From the NCBI RefSeq assembly GCF_018350175.1, contig NC_058368.1:84508001-84572000 (forward strand): a DNA stretch of 64,000 nt, written 5' to 3'. Positions 38,597 to 50,338 of the stretch are shown piece by piece. This DNA is from Felis catus. Taxonomy: Eukaryota. The first letter of the stretch is position 1. Each line of letters opens with the position of its first letter. The notes under the pieces were generated by a model. It ran no database searches and was not told the DNA's origin. It was given only the letters and a program-made list of their open reading frames with translations. A program made the position numbers and the translations under genes.

Positions 38597-38834
38597 TTTT
38601 TTTCTTTTTTTTTAATTTTTTTTTCTTTTCCACGTTTTTATTTATTTTTGGGACAGAGAGAGACATAGCATGAACGGGGGAGGGGCAGAGAGAGAGGGAG
38701 ACACAGAATCGGAAACAGGCTCCAGGCTCTGAGCCATCAGCCCAGAGCCTGATGCGGGGCTCGAACTCACGGACCGCGAGATCGTGACCTGGCTGAAGTC
38801 AGACGCTTAACCGACTGCGCCACCCAGGCGCCCC
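38597..38834 (-). mobile_element. CanSINE, very young
   Basis: Near-consensus; TSD TTAGTATGGTTTCTT (38582-38596, 38836-38850). Confidence 0.96.
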
Positions 38835-38947
38835 TTTAGTATGGTTTCTTAGTACATCTTTGTAGATGTAATTTCACTTTAGATTTTATATCTAGTAGTT
38901 ATGCAAAAATATCTTATTTGAAATATGCATTTAGGGAGATGCTACTT

Positions 38948-39357
38948 TGTCACAGACAATGAGTCTGGAGTTCTTTCTTGTATAGTAAGAGAATGGATGC
39001 AGAATTGAATACAAGAGAGGCTAATGTCTAGGAGGAGACAAGAGCCCCAAACATGAGTTTAGTCTATGTGTTTATTAAGCTCACAATATATTACACACAT
39101 GGTGAACATGAAGAAAACAATCAGTAATCATTAACTTGTGTGACTAAGGAACAAAGGGTCTGGGGGCAAGTGGTGTTTGTGATCAAGGTACATTAGCACC
39201 ATGGAAAGTAGTTTCCTGTAGGTGATATACCAAGTTACTTGTGATCTGATTACAATATCTTGCCACCTAGTCTCAGGCACTTTTGCCCCGTGGTGGCAGC
39301 TTTCCATCCTAAGCTTTATTCTAACCCATTTATGTAAGTAGAACCTATTTCCCCACA
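38948..39357 (-). mobile_element. Solo LTR, class II (ERVK/betaretrovirus-like), 410 bp
   Basis: Minus strand starts TGTGGGGAAATAGG and ends GTGACA; 6-bp TSD CTACTT (38942-38947, 39358-39363); AATAAA at 39072-39077 (minus). Confidence 0.88.
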
Positions 39358-40129
39358 CTACTTGTTGATTTTACTTATAGTTTCTGTTGTCATTTCACAG
39401 AGCCCAAAGAATATGACATGTAAGATTTCTGCTTTCATATATTTTATGGATTTTGAGCCTTAATGTGTGCCATTTAAATTAATATTCTCTGGCTTGTGTT
39501 TCCCTGCAACCTCTCTTTACTCATCAACAATGATTTCAATTTCTCTGTCTCCTGGGATACTCAAATTGTCTGATGATGGTATCTAACACTTGTAAAGAGT
39601 GTATTTGTTTGCTATAATTACTAAACACTTTATTACAATGATGGTTTTATTGTCATCAACTATAACTGTAAGTGTCTTAGTGTCTGTCTTACATGATTTT
39701 ATTTTATATATTAAACTCACTTGAATTATATCTATATGTGTATAAGGTTTGGATATTGCCTAACTTATATGTGTAATTGTTTCATTAACTTTTCACATCT
39801 CAATGACATTCTTTATTCATGTCATTTTATATGTCTTTATTCAAATTATCTTTTTCTTCTAATTATTGCTGCAAAAGAGAAGGTTGGGTTAGACTCTAGT
39901 GTTGATAACTCCAAAATCAAATGACACATTTCCTTATTTGTTTGGATTGTTTGGATTTGTCTCACACAATAAATATTAGTAGTAAATACAGCAGTGGTAG
40001 TGATACTTATTTTCTTAAATCAGAAGAACATGTGAGAGTGCTCTTCATAGTTTCCCTGAAATCTCATTCTTTTACATTATTATTCCTTATTTTTCCACCT
40101 CAATTGGTAAATACATAAAAAATTAAATA

Positions 40130-40782
40130 CTACAAACTCAGTTTAAATTCCTAAATATGTAAGTACATGTCATTTGACTAAACTCAAGAGGGCATATACT
40201 ATATGAATACACCTCTAATAAGTAAAGAGATGAAAGAAATATTTCCATACACAAAAAATACCCAGATTCATATGCATTTCTTCTTAAATTTATGAAACAT
40301 TTAATTAAAAGTTTAAAAAATACCAGTTCTTTACAAACCCTTCCAAAATATAGAAGGAACTTGGAATTGACCATATCATTTACTAATTCATTTTATGAGA
40401 CCTGTTATTACCCAGAAAAGAGAGCCAGATAAAACCACCATAAGTAAACTAAAGACCATGATCTTTCATATACATAGACACAAATTATTAAAAAATGTGC
40501 AAATTGAATCCAAAAACATAAAATTAATTACATACAGTAAGTAATGTATCATGGATTTTTACTCCTGTAACCAATATTGCATTGAATGTTAACTAAGTAA
40601 AATTTAAACAAAAGGATAATTACATACAATAAACAAGTAGGATTATCTTTTAAACACAAATTTTCTTTAACAGTCCCAAGTCAATCAATGTAATGCACCA
40701 TATTGATAAGTTATAAAATTAAGTTATTTCCATAAATATGAAAAACACTTGAAACAAAAACCCAATCATTATAAAACCCTCA
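40130..40782 (+). mobile_element. Ancient LINE-1 ORF2 fragment
   Basis: Highly degenerate pre-RT/RT sequence (taccagttcttacaaacccttccaaaa, tcaatcaatgtaatgcaccatatt). Confidence 0.7.
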
Positions 40783-43520
40783 GAGGGAACTAAGATGGTG
40801 CATAGTAGGAGGACCCTAGGTTAGTCTTGTCCCTCAAATACAACTAGATAACCATCAAATAATTCTGAATACCCATACAATTTACCTGAGGATTGACAGA
40901 AGAAAGAGCCCAACCGGAGGGACAGAAGATACCACATCAGGAAGTGCAGAGTTATGGCTTGGGGGAGAAACAGATCACAGGTGCTGCAGAAGAAAGGGAA
41001 CCCTGGTAGCAGAGAAAGGAGAGAGAGCAATGCAAAAAATTGCATGTTTCTCTGGGGACACAGGAACTAGCTGGCACAATTTTCCTCCTCTTCAGCATAA
41101 ACACAGAGCCACTGACAGGAGTCAATGCAGCACACTCACTGGCTGCCTAATGTGCATACTCCAAGTTGCAAAACACAGCATTCTGGAGGTACTGCCCATC
41201 TCAACCAAGCTTGCCACAGTCCCATCATGGTGGGGCCCTCCCAGAAGCTGAAACCTCTACCCACACAACGTCTCCCAAACAGAGAGTTCTGCAGGGATTC
41301 TAGTGGATATTCTGCAGCTCTACTGGAGGTAGTATCAGGTCTTATTAAACAAGAAGACAAGAGCATAGCTTGTTAAAACTTCAAGTAAAAACTTGAAGTC
41401 AACCACAAACATATATGGAAATACCACAAATACATGGAAGTTAAACACCATGCTAATAAATAATGGCATGGTCTACCAGGAAATCAAATAAATAAGTAAA
41501 TAAGTACAGGGAAACAAATGAAAATGAAAATTCAATGATCCAAAATCTTTGATATGCAGCAAAAGAAGTCCTATGAGGGAAGTAAATAGCAAAACAGGAG
41601 TACCTTAAGAAATAAGAAAACTCTCAAATAACCTAACTTTATACCTAAAAGAGTTAAGAAAAGAACAATAAATGAGGGGCACCTGGGTGGCTCAGTTGGT
41701 TGGGTGTCTGACTTCAGCTCAGGTCATAATCTTGCAGTCCACGGGTTCGAGCCCCACATGGGACTCTGTGTTGACAGCTTGGAGCCTGGAACCTGCTTCA
41801 GATTCTGTGTCTCCCTCTCTCTCCACCCCTCCCCTACTCACACACACACACTCTCTCTCTCAAAACTAAAAATTAAGAACAAATGAAAAACTAAAGAAAG
41901 CAGAAGGCAGGAAATAATGATGCTTAGACCAAAAATAAATGATACAGAAATTTTAAAAAATAGAACACATTAATGAAACCAAAAATGTGCTCTTTGAAAA
42001 AAATTGCTAAATTGATAAGCACCTATCCAGAATTATAAAAAATAAGAGACAAGACCCAAATAAGTAAAATAAAAAATGAAAGAGGAGAAATAACAACAAA
42101 CACCATCAAAATAGAAACAGAATATTACAAAAAATTATATTCCAGCAAATTGGATATTCTCAAAGAAATGAATCAATTCCTGGAAGTATGTAAACTACAG
42201 AAGCTGGAACAGGAGGAAATAGATATCTTGAAAAGACTAATAACCAGAAATGTAAGTGAATGAATAATTAAAAAAAAAACTACAGAAAACAAAACTACAG
42301 GGCCAAATGTTTTCAAAGAGGAATTCTACTAAACATTGAAAGAAGAGTTACTCCCTATTCTTCTAAAATTCTTCCAAAAACTAGAAAAGGGAGGAAAACT
42401 TCTAAATTAATTCTATGAGTCCAGAATTACCCATGATACTAAAACCTGATAATGACTGCACTCAAAAAGAAAACTACAGGTCAACATCCTTGATGAACAC
42501 GGATACAAAAATTCTCAACCAAATCCTAGCAATACTAATCCAACAGCACATTAAAAAACGTCATTACCATGATCAAGTAGGATTTTTCCCCCCTGGGCTG
42601 TGAATGTGATTCAATATTCAGAAATCAATCAACGTGATGATACACCATATTCATAAAAGAAAGGATAAGAACCATTTGATCCTCTAAATAGATGTAGAAA
42701 AAGCATTTAACAAAGTAGAATATGCATTCATGATAAAAACCCTCCACAAAGTAAAGTTAGAGGGAATATACTTCAACATCATGAAGGTCATATATGATAA
42801 ACCCACAACTATTTTCACCCTCAATAGGGTAAAACTGAGAGCTTTTCCTCTATGGTCAAAAACAAGATAAGGATGTCCACTTTTACTACTGCAATTTCCT
42901 GAAATTCCTAGTGACAGCAATCAGAAAACACATAGAAATAAGGGGCATCCAAATCGACAAAGAAGTCACACTTTCCCTATTTGAAAATGACATGATACTC
43001 TACATAGAAAACCCAAAAGACTCTACCAAACAATTGCTAAAATGGATACACGAATTCAGCAAACTTGCAAGTTACAAAATCATTGTATAGAACTCTGTTG
43101 CATTTCTATACACCAATAATGAAGCAGCAGAAAGAGACATCAAGGAATTGATCCTATTTACAAATGCACCAAAAACCATAAGATACCTAGGAAGAAACGT
43201 AACCAAAGAAGTAAAAGATCTGTACCCTGAAAAGTATAATACATTGTTGAAAAAAATTGATGGACACAAAGAAATGGACAAATATTCCATGCTCATGGAT
43301 TGGAAGAACAAACATTTTTAAAATGTCAATATTACCCAAAGCAATCTACGCTTTAATACAACCCTTACCAAAATACCAAAAATATCTTTCACAGAGCTAG
43401 AACAAACAATTCTAAAATTTGCATGGAACTGCAAGACCACAAATAGCAAACACAATCTTGAAAAAGCCAAGCCAAGCCAAAGGCATGACAATTCTGGACT
43501 TACAGTACAAAGGTGTAGTA
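40783..43520 (+). mobile_element. LINE-1 5'UTR (40783-41375) joined to mid-ORF2 (41380-43520)
   Basis: GAGGGAACTAAGATGG start; abrupt switch to aaacttgaagtcaaccac (late EN); [20 protein letters not shown] peptide. Confidence 0.85.
41676..41874 (+). mobile_element. CanSINE, diverged
   Basis: GGGGCACCTGGGTGGCTCAG head; flanking AAGAACAA(TA)AATGA repeat. Confidence 0.92.
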
Positions 43521-44627
43521 GGGAGGAGTTAAGATGGCGTGGGAGTAGGGGGTCCCTGGGCTTTCTTTGTCACTCATACTCAGATGTATTGAGGTCAGAT
43601 CACTTGAAACACCCAGGAATTTGGTCTGCGGAGTGGCAGAAGGATCTCCACAGTTGGAGAGAGGGTGAGGTAGAGTAGTGTAGAGACTTCCAAGGATCCC
43701 TGGAAGATAACGTGCCCCTTCCTAAAGCACTTTTGGAAGAGGGTTTATTGCGTCTCAAAGGACAAAAGACCCTTCAGGTGCTAGCCAAAGACCTTTCATC
43801 AGCAAGGGGACAAATGTGCACCCAGAGGGAATATAAACTTTTTTTGATTTTTATAGTGTTACACCATAGATTCTATGCTCTGTGCAGTCCTGGAACTATT
43901 TTTCCGGGACAGGGGGATTCAGACACGGCATGGAAATAGGCTCAACTACACAGGAAAGGATCAGATCTATGTAGTGCTGGGTCCTTTAAGGCCTCATGTT
44001 TTGAATAGCTGGCGTGTGTTGAAGAAAAAACAGTACAGTTGTGGCACAGAGTGAGCCGACTGCCCTTGGTATCCTGTGAGGGTTTCCTGAACAATACAGG
44101 GTGGAAGATCACGGGTCTCTCAATGATATATAGGAGAGGAGCCATTTTTGTCCCAACACCAACAAGATGGAACTTCAGAGAGCAACACAGCAGCTCCCAG
44201 GGGAGGCAAGACTAGCTTACACCAATCCCTGACACCCTATGCCTATCAAGTGCTTATTCACTGGGTCAATACTGACTCTGAGCCAGTGCAGCAAACCTGT
44301 CCTCCAGACCAGCACAGCCAGTACCTCCCATTTACCATATGCACTGAAAATAGGGTGCTTCCAAATAACACCTGCAGTTTTCTCTTTGTTTTTTCTTTTG
44401 GAATCAGGTATATAGTTCCAATTTTGTTTGTTTGCTTGTTTTACTTCCATTTCTCTCTCCTCCTTTCTCTCTTTTTGTTTATTTTTGTAATAAGGCTTTT
44501 TTTTATTTTCCCCTTTACTTTCTCTAAGAATCAGCCATATAGTTTTTAGATATTCTGTATGTGTGTGTGTTTTTCTTTGTTGTTGTTCCCTTTCCTTTTC
44601 TTTCCCTCCCCCTCTTTTGGATCAAAC

Positions 44628-44808
44628 ATTTTAATGTTTATTTATTTTGAGAGAAAAAGAGAAAGAGTGAGGGAGGGTGAGGATCCCAAACAGGATTTTC
44701 GCTGTCGGTACAGAGCCTGACATGAGGTTTGATCTCACAAACCTTGAGATCATGACCTGAGGCAAAATCAAAAGTCACATGCTTAACTGACTGAGCCACA
44801 TCGGCACC
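44628..44808 (-). mobile_element. CanSINE, old
   Basis: Degenerate head ..ctgactgagccacatcggcacc; flanking TTTGGATCA repeat. Confidence 0.85.
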
Positions 44809-45933
44809 TTTGGATCAGAAAATTCCCCCCTTTTTCCTGGCCTACTTCACAAAAGAATAAAAGCACACCTAGTTAAAAGTCAAAAAGCCTCACTGCACTA
44901 AGGAGGAGCTCAGCAGAGAAGTGACCAGTGGTAAAGTAAAGCCAAAATAAAACAGCCAGTTGCACAAAGCATACACCAGAAACACTTTCTGAAATGCCAG
45001 GTCCTAGACAGTTTACAACCCCTTTTTAATATAGTATTTCTCTCAGGTGTAAGAAACATAATAGGTTTCAAAACATGCAAAATACAGAAATTTAGTCAAA
45101 ATTACAAGACAGAGGAATTCTCCCCAACAGAAAGGCCAAGAAGAAATCACAGCCAGAAACTTGCTTAATACAGATATAAGCCAAATATTTGACCATGAAT
45201 TTAGAATACCAGTCATAAGACAACAAGCTGAGTTTGAAAAAAAAGCACAGAAGAAACCAGAGAAATCCTTGCTGCAGGGATCAAAGACCTAAAAACTAAG
45301 AGTGAAATAAAAAATTCTGTATCTCAGATTCAAAACTAACCGTATACAGTCCCAAAAAGGTTTGAAGAACTGAGGAGAGAATAGGTGATATAGAAGATAA
45401 AATTATGGAAAATAATGAAGCTGAAAAAAAGAGGGAGATAAAACTTTTAGATCACTAAAGGAGACTTAGAGATCTTAGTGCTTCCATAAAATAAAACAGA
45501 ATCTGTACCGTAAGAATCACCAGTGAGTGGAGGGAAGCCAGAAGATTTCTTTGAGCAAATTATAGCTGAGAACTTCCTTATATGGTAAAGGAAACAGGCA
45601 TTCAAGTCCAAGAGGCACAGAGAACTCCCCCTCAAATCAATAAAAACAGGGCAACACCATGTCACACCATCACAAAACTTATAAAATATAAAGGTACACA
45701 GAGAATTCTGAAAGCAGCCAGGGACAAAGTATCCTTAACCTACTATGGTAGACACATAAGGTTAACAGCATGCCTGTCCACTGAAACTTAGAAGTCCAGA
45801 AGGGAGTGGCAGGAGGAATTGGCAAGAAATATTCAATATGCTGTATAGGAAATACATAACCAAGAATTCTTTATCCAGCAAAGTTGTCATTCAGAATAGG
45901 AGAGATAAAGATTTTCCCAGACAAAAGACAATA

Positions 45934-46079
45934 ACAAAAAAGAAAGAAAGAAAGAAAGAAAGAGAAAGAAAAAAGGAAGAGGAAAGGAAAGAAAAGGAAA
46001 AGAAAAGAAAAGAAAAAAGAAAAGAAAAGAAAAGAGAAGAAAAAAGAAAAGAAAAGAAAAGAAAAAGAAAAAAAGAAAA
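45934..46079. repeat. (GAAA)n/(GAAAA)n polypurine tract
   Basis: About 145 nt composed almost entirely of A/G within L1 ORF1. Confidence 0.95.
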
Positions 46080-46481
46080 CATAAGAGTTTGTGATCACTA
46101 AACCAGCCCTGCAAGAAATTTAAAGGCGGTCTCTTGGACTGGAGAAAGAAACAAGATCAACAATGAAATTTAGAAAGGACCAGAGAACATCATCAGATAC
46201 ACCAACTCCACAGGTGACAAAAAGGCACTAAATTTGAATAAACACTCTGAATATAAATGGGTTAAGTGCACCAATGAAAATACATAGGGTTTCAATGGTA
46301 TTAAAAAACAAACAAAAACAAGAGCCCTTTATATGCGGCCTACAACAGACTCATTTTAGAGATAAATGCACCTCGAATTTGAAAGAGAGGGGATGGAAAA
46401 CCACCTATCATGATAATCAACATCAAAAGAAAGTCAAAGTATCAATACTTAGACAAACCATATTTTAAAACAAAGTCTGTA

Positions 46482-46685
46482 GAGGTGCCTGGGTGGCTCT
46501 TTGTTAGGAGTCCGATTTTGGCTCAGGTCATGATCTCACCATGTGTGAATTCAGGCCCCATGTCAGGCTCTGTGCAGACACCTCAGAGTCTTGAGCTTGC
46601 TTCAGATTTTGTGCTTCCCTCTATCTCTGCCACTCTCCCATTCAGTCTCTGTGTCTCTCTCAAAAATAAATGTTTTAAAAAAAGT
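46482..46685 (+). mobile_element. CanSINE, diverged
   Basis: GAGGTGCCTGGGTGGCTC head; TSD AAAACAAAGwCTGTA (46467-46481, 46686-46700). Confidence 0.92.
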
Positions 46686-49019
46686 AAAACAAAGACTGTA
46701 ACAAGAGATAAAGAATGGCATTGTATCATAAGTAAGGGGCCTCTCTATTAAGAAGATCTACCAAATGTAAATATATATGCCCCCAACTTATAGGAATGCA
46801 AATATATGAATCAATTAACAATAAACATTAAGAAACTCACTGAAAATGATACCAAAATAGTAGGATAATTTAATGCACCACTTATAGCAATGGACAGATC
46901 ATCTAAGCAGAAAGCCAACAAGCAAAAATGCCTTCGAAAGACACACTGGAACAGATGGACTTAACAGATACATTCATAACATTTCATTCTAAAGTAGCAG
47001 AATACATCTTTCTTTAATGCACCTGGAACATACTCCAGAATACATCCCATGTTCGTTCACAAATCAGCCCTCAATAGGCACAAAAAGGTGAGATCATATC
47101 ATGGATATTTTAGGATCACAGCACTATTAACTTTGAAATCAATCACACACAAAAATTTGGAAAGCCCTCAAACTCATGGAGGTTAAAAAATATACTATCA
47201 GAGCATAAATAGTTTAATGTGGAAATTAAAGAAGAAATTAAAAAAAAAACTTCATGGAAACAAATGAAAATGCAAACACGATATTACAAACCCTCTGGGA
47301 TGTAGTAAACACAGTTCTAAGGTAAAATAAATTGCTTTCAGGCCTATCTAAAGAAACAAGAAATTTCCCAATTACACAACCTTACCTTACACCTATTGGA
47401 TCAAGAAAAGGAAAGGTAAATAAAGCCTAAAGCCAGTAGAGTTATGGAAATAATAAATATTAGAGCAGAAATAAATGATATGGAAACAGACAAAAATAGT
47501 AGAACAGATAAATGAAACTAAATGCTGATTCTTTGAAAGAAAAAACAGAAATGATAAACCCTAGCCAGACTTATCAAAAAGAAAACAGAGAGGACCCAAA
47601 TAGATAAAAGCACAAATGAAAGAGGAGAGATCACAACCAACACCACAGAAATACAAACAATTATAAGAAAATACCCAGAAAATTACATGCCATCAAACTG
47701 TGCCACCTGGAAGAAATTTACAAATTCCTACAAACACACATATTGCTAATACTGAAACAGGAAGAAATAAAAAATTAAAAGAGACCCATGACCAGCAAAA
47801 GTGAACTAGTTATCAAAATTTCCCAAAAAACAACAGTCCTGGGCCAGATAGATACTCAGGGGAATTCTACCTGACATTTAAAGAAGAATTAATACCGACT
47901 CTTCTCAAACTGTTCCAAAAATAAAATGGAAGGAAACCTTCCAAACTCATTCTATGGAGTGAGCGTTACCTTGAATCCAAAAGCAGACGAAGACCCCACT
48001 AAAAAAGAAAATTACAGGTCAATATCTCTGATGAACATGGATGCAAAAATTCTCAACAAGATACTAGCAAATAACATTCAATATTACATTAAAATAATTA
48101 TCTACCATAACAAGTGGGATTTATTTTTGGACTGCAAGACTAGTTCCATATTCACAAATGAATGAATCAATGTGATACACCACATTAATAAAAGAAAAGA
48201 TAAGAAACATATGATCCTCTCAAAAGTTGCAGAAAATACATTTGACAAAATACAGAATCATTCCTTGATAAAAACTGTCAGAAAATAGGGATAGAAGGAT
48301 AATACTTCATCATAATAAAGGCTATATATGAAAGACCCATAGGTAGATCATCATCAATGGAAAAAAACCCACAAAACTGAGATCTTCCCCCACTAAGGTC
48401 AGGAACATGACAGGATGTCCACTCTTACCACTGTTGTTCAATATAATACTGGAAACTGTAGCATTAGCAATTAGACAACACAAAGAACTAAAATTTGTAC
48501 GAATTGGCAAAGAAGAACTCAAACTTCTATTCTCCAAAGATGACATGATACATCACATGGAAAACCCGAAAGCCTCCAACAAAAAACCTAGACCTGATAC
48601 ATGAGTTCAACAAAGCTGCAAGATATAAAGTCAAAGCATGGAATTTGGTTGCATTTCATTACACCAATAATGAGGCAGCAGAAAGATAAATCAAAGAATT
48701 CCATTTACAAATGCACCAAAACCAATAAGGAACCTAGGAATAATCCTAACAAAAAAGGAAAAAAAAATTCTTTATGCTTAAAACTATAGAAAGTTTATGA
48801 AAGAAATTGAAATAGAAGCAAAGAAATGGAAAAACATTCTATTCTCATGGATTGGAAGAACAAATATTGTTAAAATGTCGATAGTGCCCAAAGCAATCTA
48901 CCCATTAAATACAATACTCCTCAAAATACACCAGCATCTTTGCAGAGCTAGAGGAAACAATTCTTTTTGTTTTGTTTTGTTTTTGAATACTTCATTTCTC
49001 TTTAGTCTAATAAGATGAT

Positions 49020-50287
49020 GCCTTTTTTCTTTTTTGTTAAACTAATTTTATTTATTTATTTATTTATTTATCTATTTATTTTCATTCTATTAATAATTTT
49101 AAAATTTAAATCCAAGTTAGTATATAGTGCAACAATGATTTCAGGAGTAGATTCCTTAACGTCCCTTACCCATTTAGCCCATTCCCCATCCCACCACTCC
49201 TCCAGCAACCCTCTGTTCCTTCTCTATATTTAAGAGTCTCTTATGTTTTTGTCTCCCTCCCTGCTTTTATATTGTTTTTATATTATTTTTCCCTTCCCTA
49301 TGTTCATCTGTTTTGTATCTTAAATTCCCCATATGAGTGAAGTCATGATATTTGTCTTTCTGTATTTTCACTTAGCATAATACCCTCTAGTTCTATCCAT
49401 ATAGTTGCAAATGGCAAGATTTCATTTGTTTTGATTGCTAAGTAATACTCCATTGTATATATACCACATCTTCTTTATCCATTCATCCATCTATGGACAT
49501 TTGGACGATTTCCATACTTTGGGTATTGTTGATAGTGCTTCTATAACATTGGGGTGCATGTGTCCCTTCAAAACAGCATACCTGTATCTCTTGGATAAAT
49601 ACCTAGTGGTGCAATTGCTGGGTCATAGGGTAGTTTCATTTTTAGGTTTTTGAGGAATCTCCATACTGTTTTCCAGAGTGACTACAACAGTTTTACATTC
49701 CCACCAGCAGTGGAAAAGAGATCCTCTTTCTCTGCATCCTCACAAACATCTGTAGTTGCCTGGGTTGCTAATGTTAGCCGTTCTGACAGGTGTAAGGTGA
49801 TATCTCATTGTGGTTTTGATTTGTATTTCTCTGATGACTGATGTTAAGCATTTTTTCATGTGTCGGTTGGCCACCTGTATGTCTTCTTTGGAGAAGTCTT
49901 TATTCATGTCTTCTTCCCATTTCTTCACTAGATTAGTTGCTGTTTGGGTGTTGAGTTTGAGAAGTTCCTTATAGATATTGGATACTAACACTTTCTCTGA
50001 TATGTCATTTGCAAATATCTTCTCCCATTCCATCGGTTGCCTTTTAGTTTTTCTGATCATTACCTTTGCTTTGCAGAAGCTTTTTATTTTGATGATGTCC
50101 CCATTATTCATTTAGCTTTTGATTCCCTTGCCTCTGGAGACGTGTTGAGTAAGAAGTTGCTGCGGCTAAGATCAAAGTGTTTTTTGCCTGCTTTGTCCTC
50201 TAAGATTTTGACGGCTTTCTGCCTTCTATTTAGGTCTTTAATCCATTTTGAGTTCATTTTTGTGTATGGTGTGAGAAAGTGGTCCAG

Positions 50288-50338
<51 letters not shown>

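Larger units (their letters stand above)
43521..48960 (+). mobile_element. LINE-1, 5'-complete older copy (5'UTR, ORF1, most of ORF2), 3'-truncated
   Basis: GGGAGGAGTTAAGATGGCG start; ORF1 peptide ETGIQVQEAQRTP; ORF2 [20 protein letters not shown] and DDMI motif. Confidence 0.92.
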
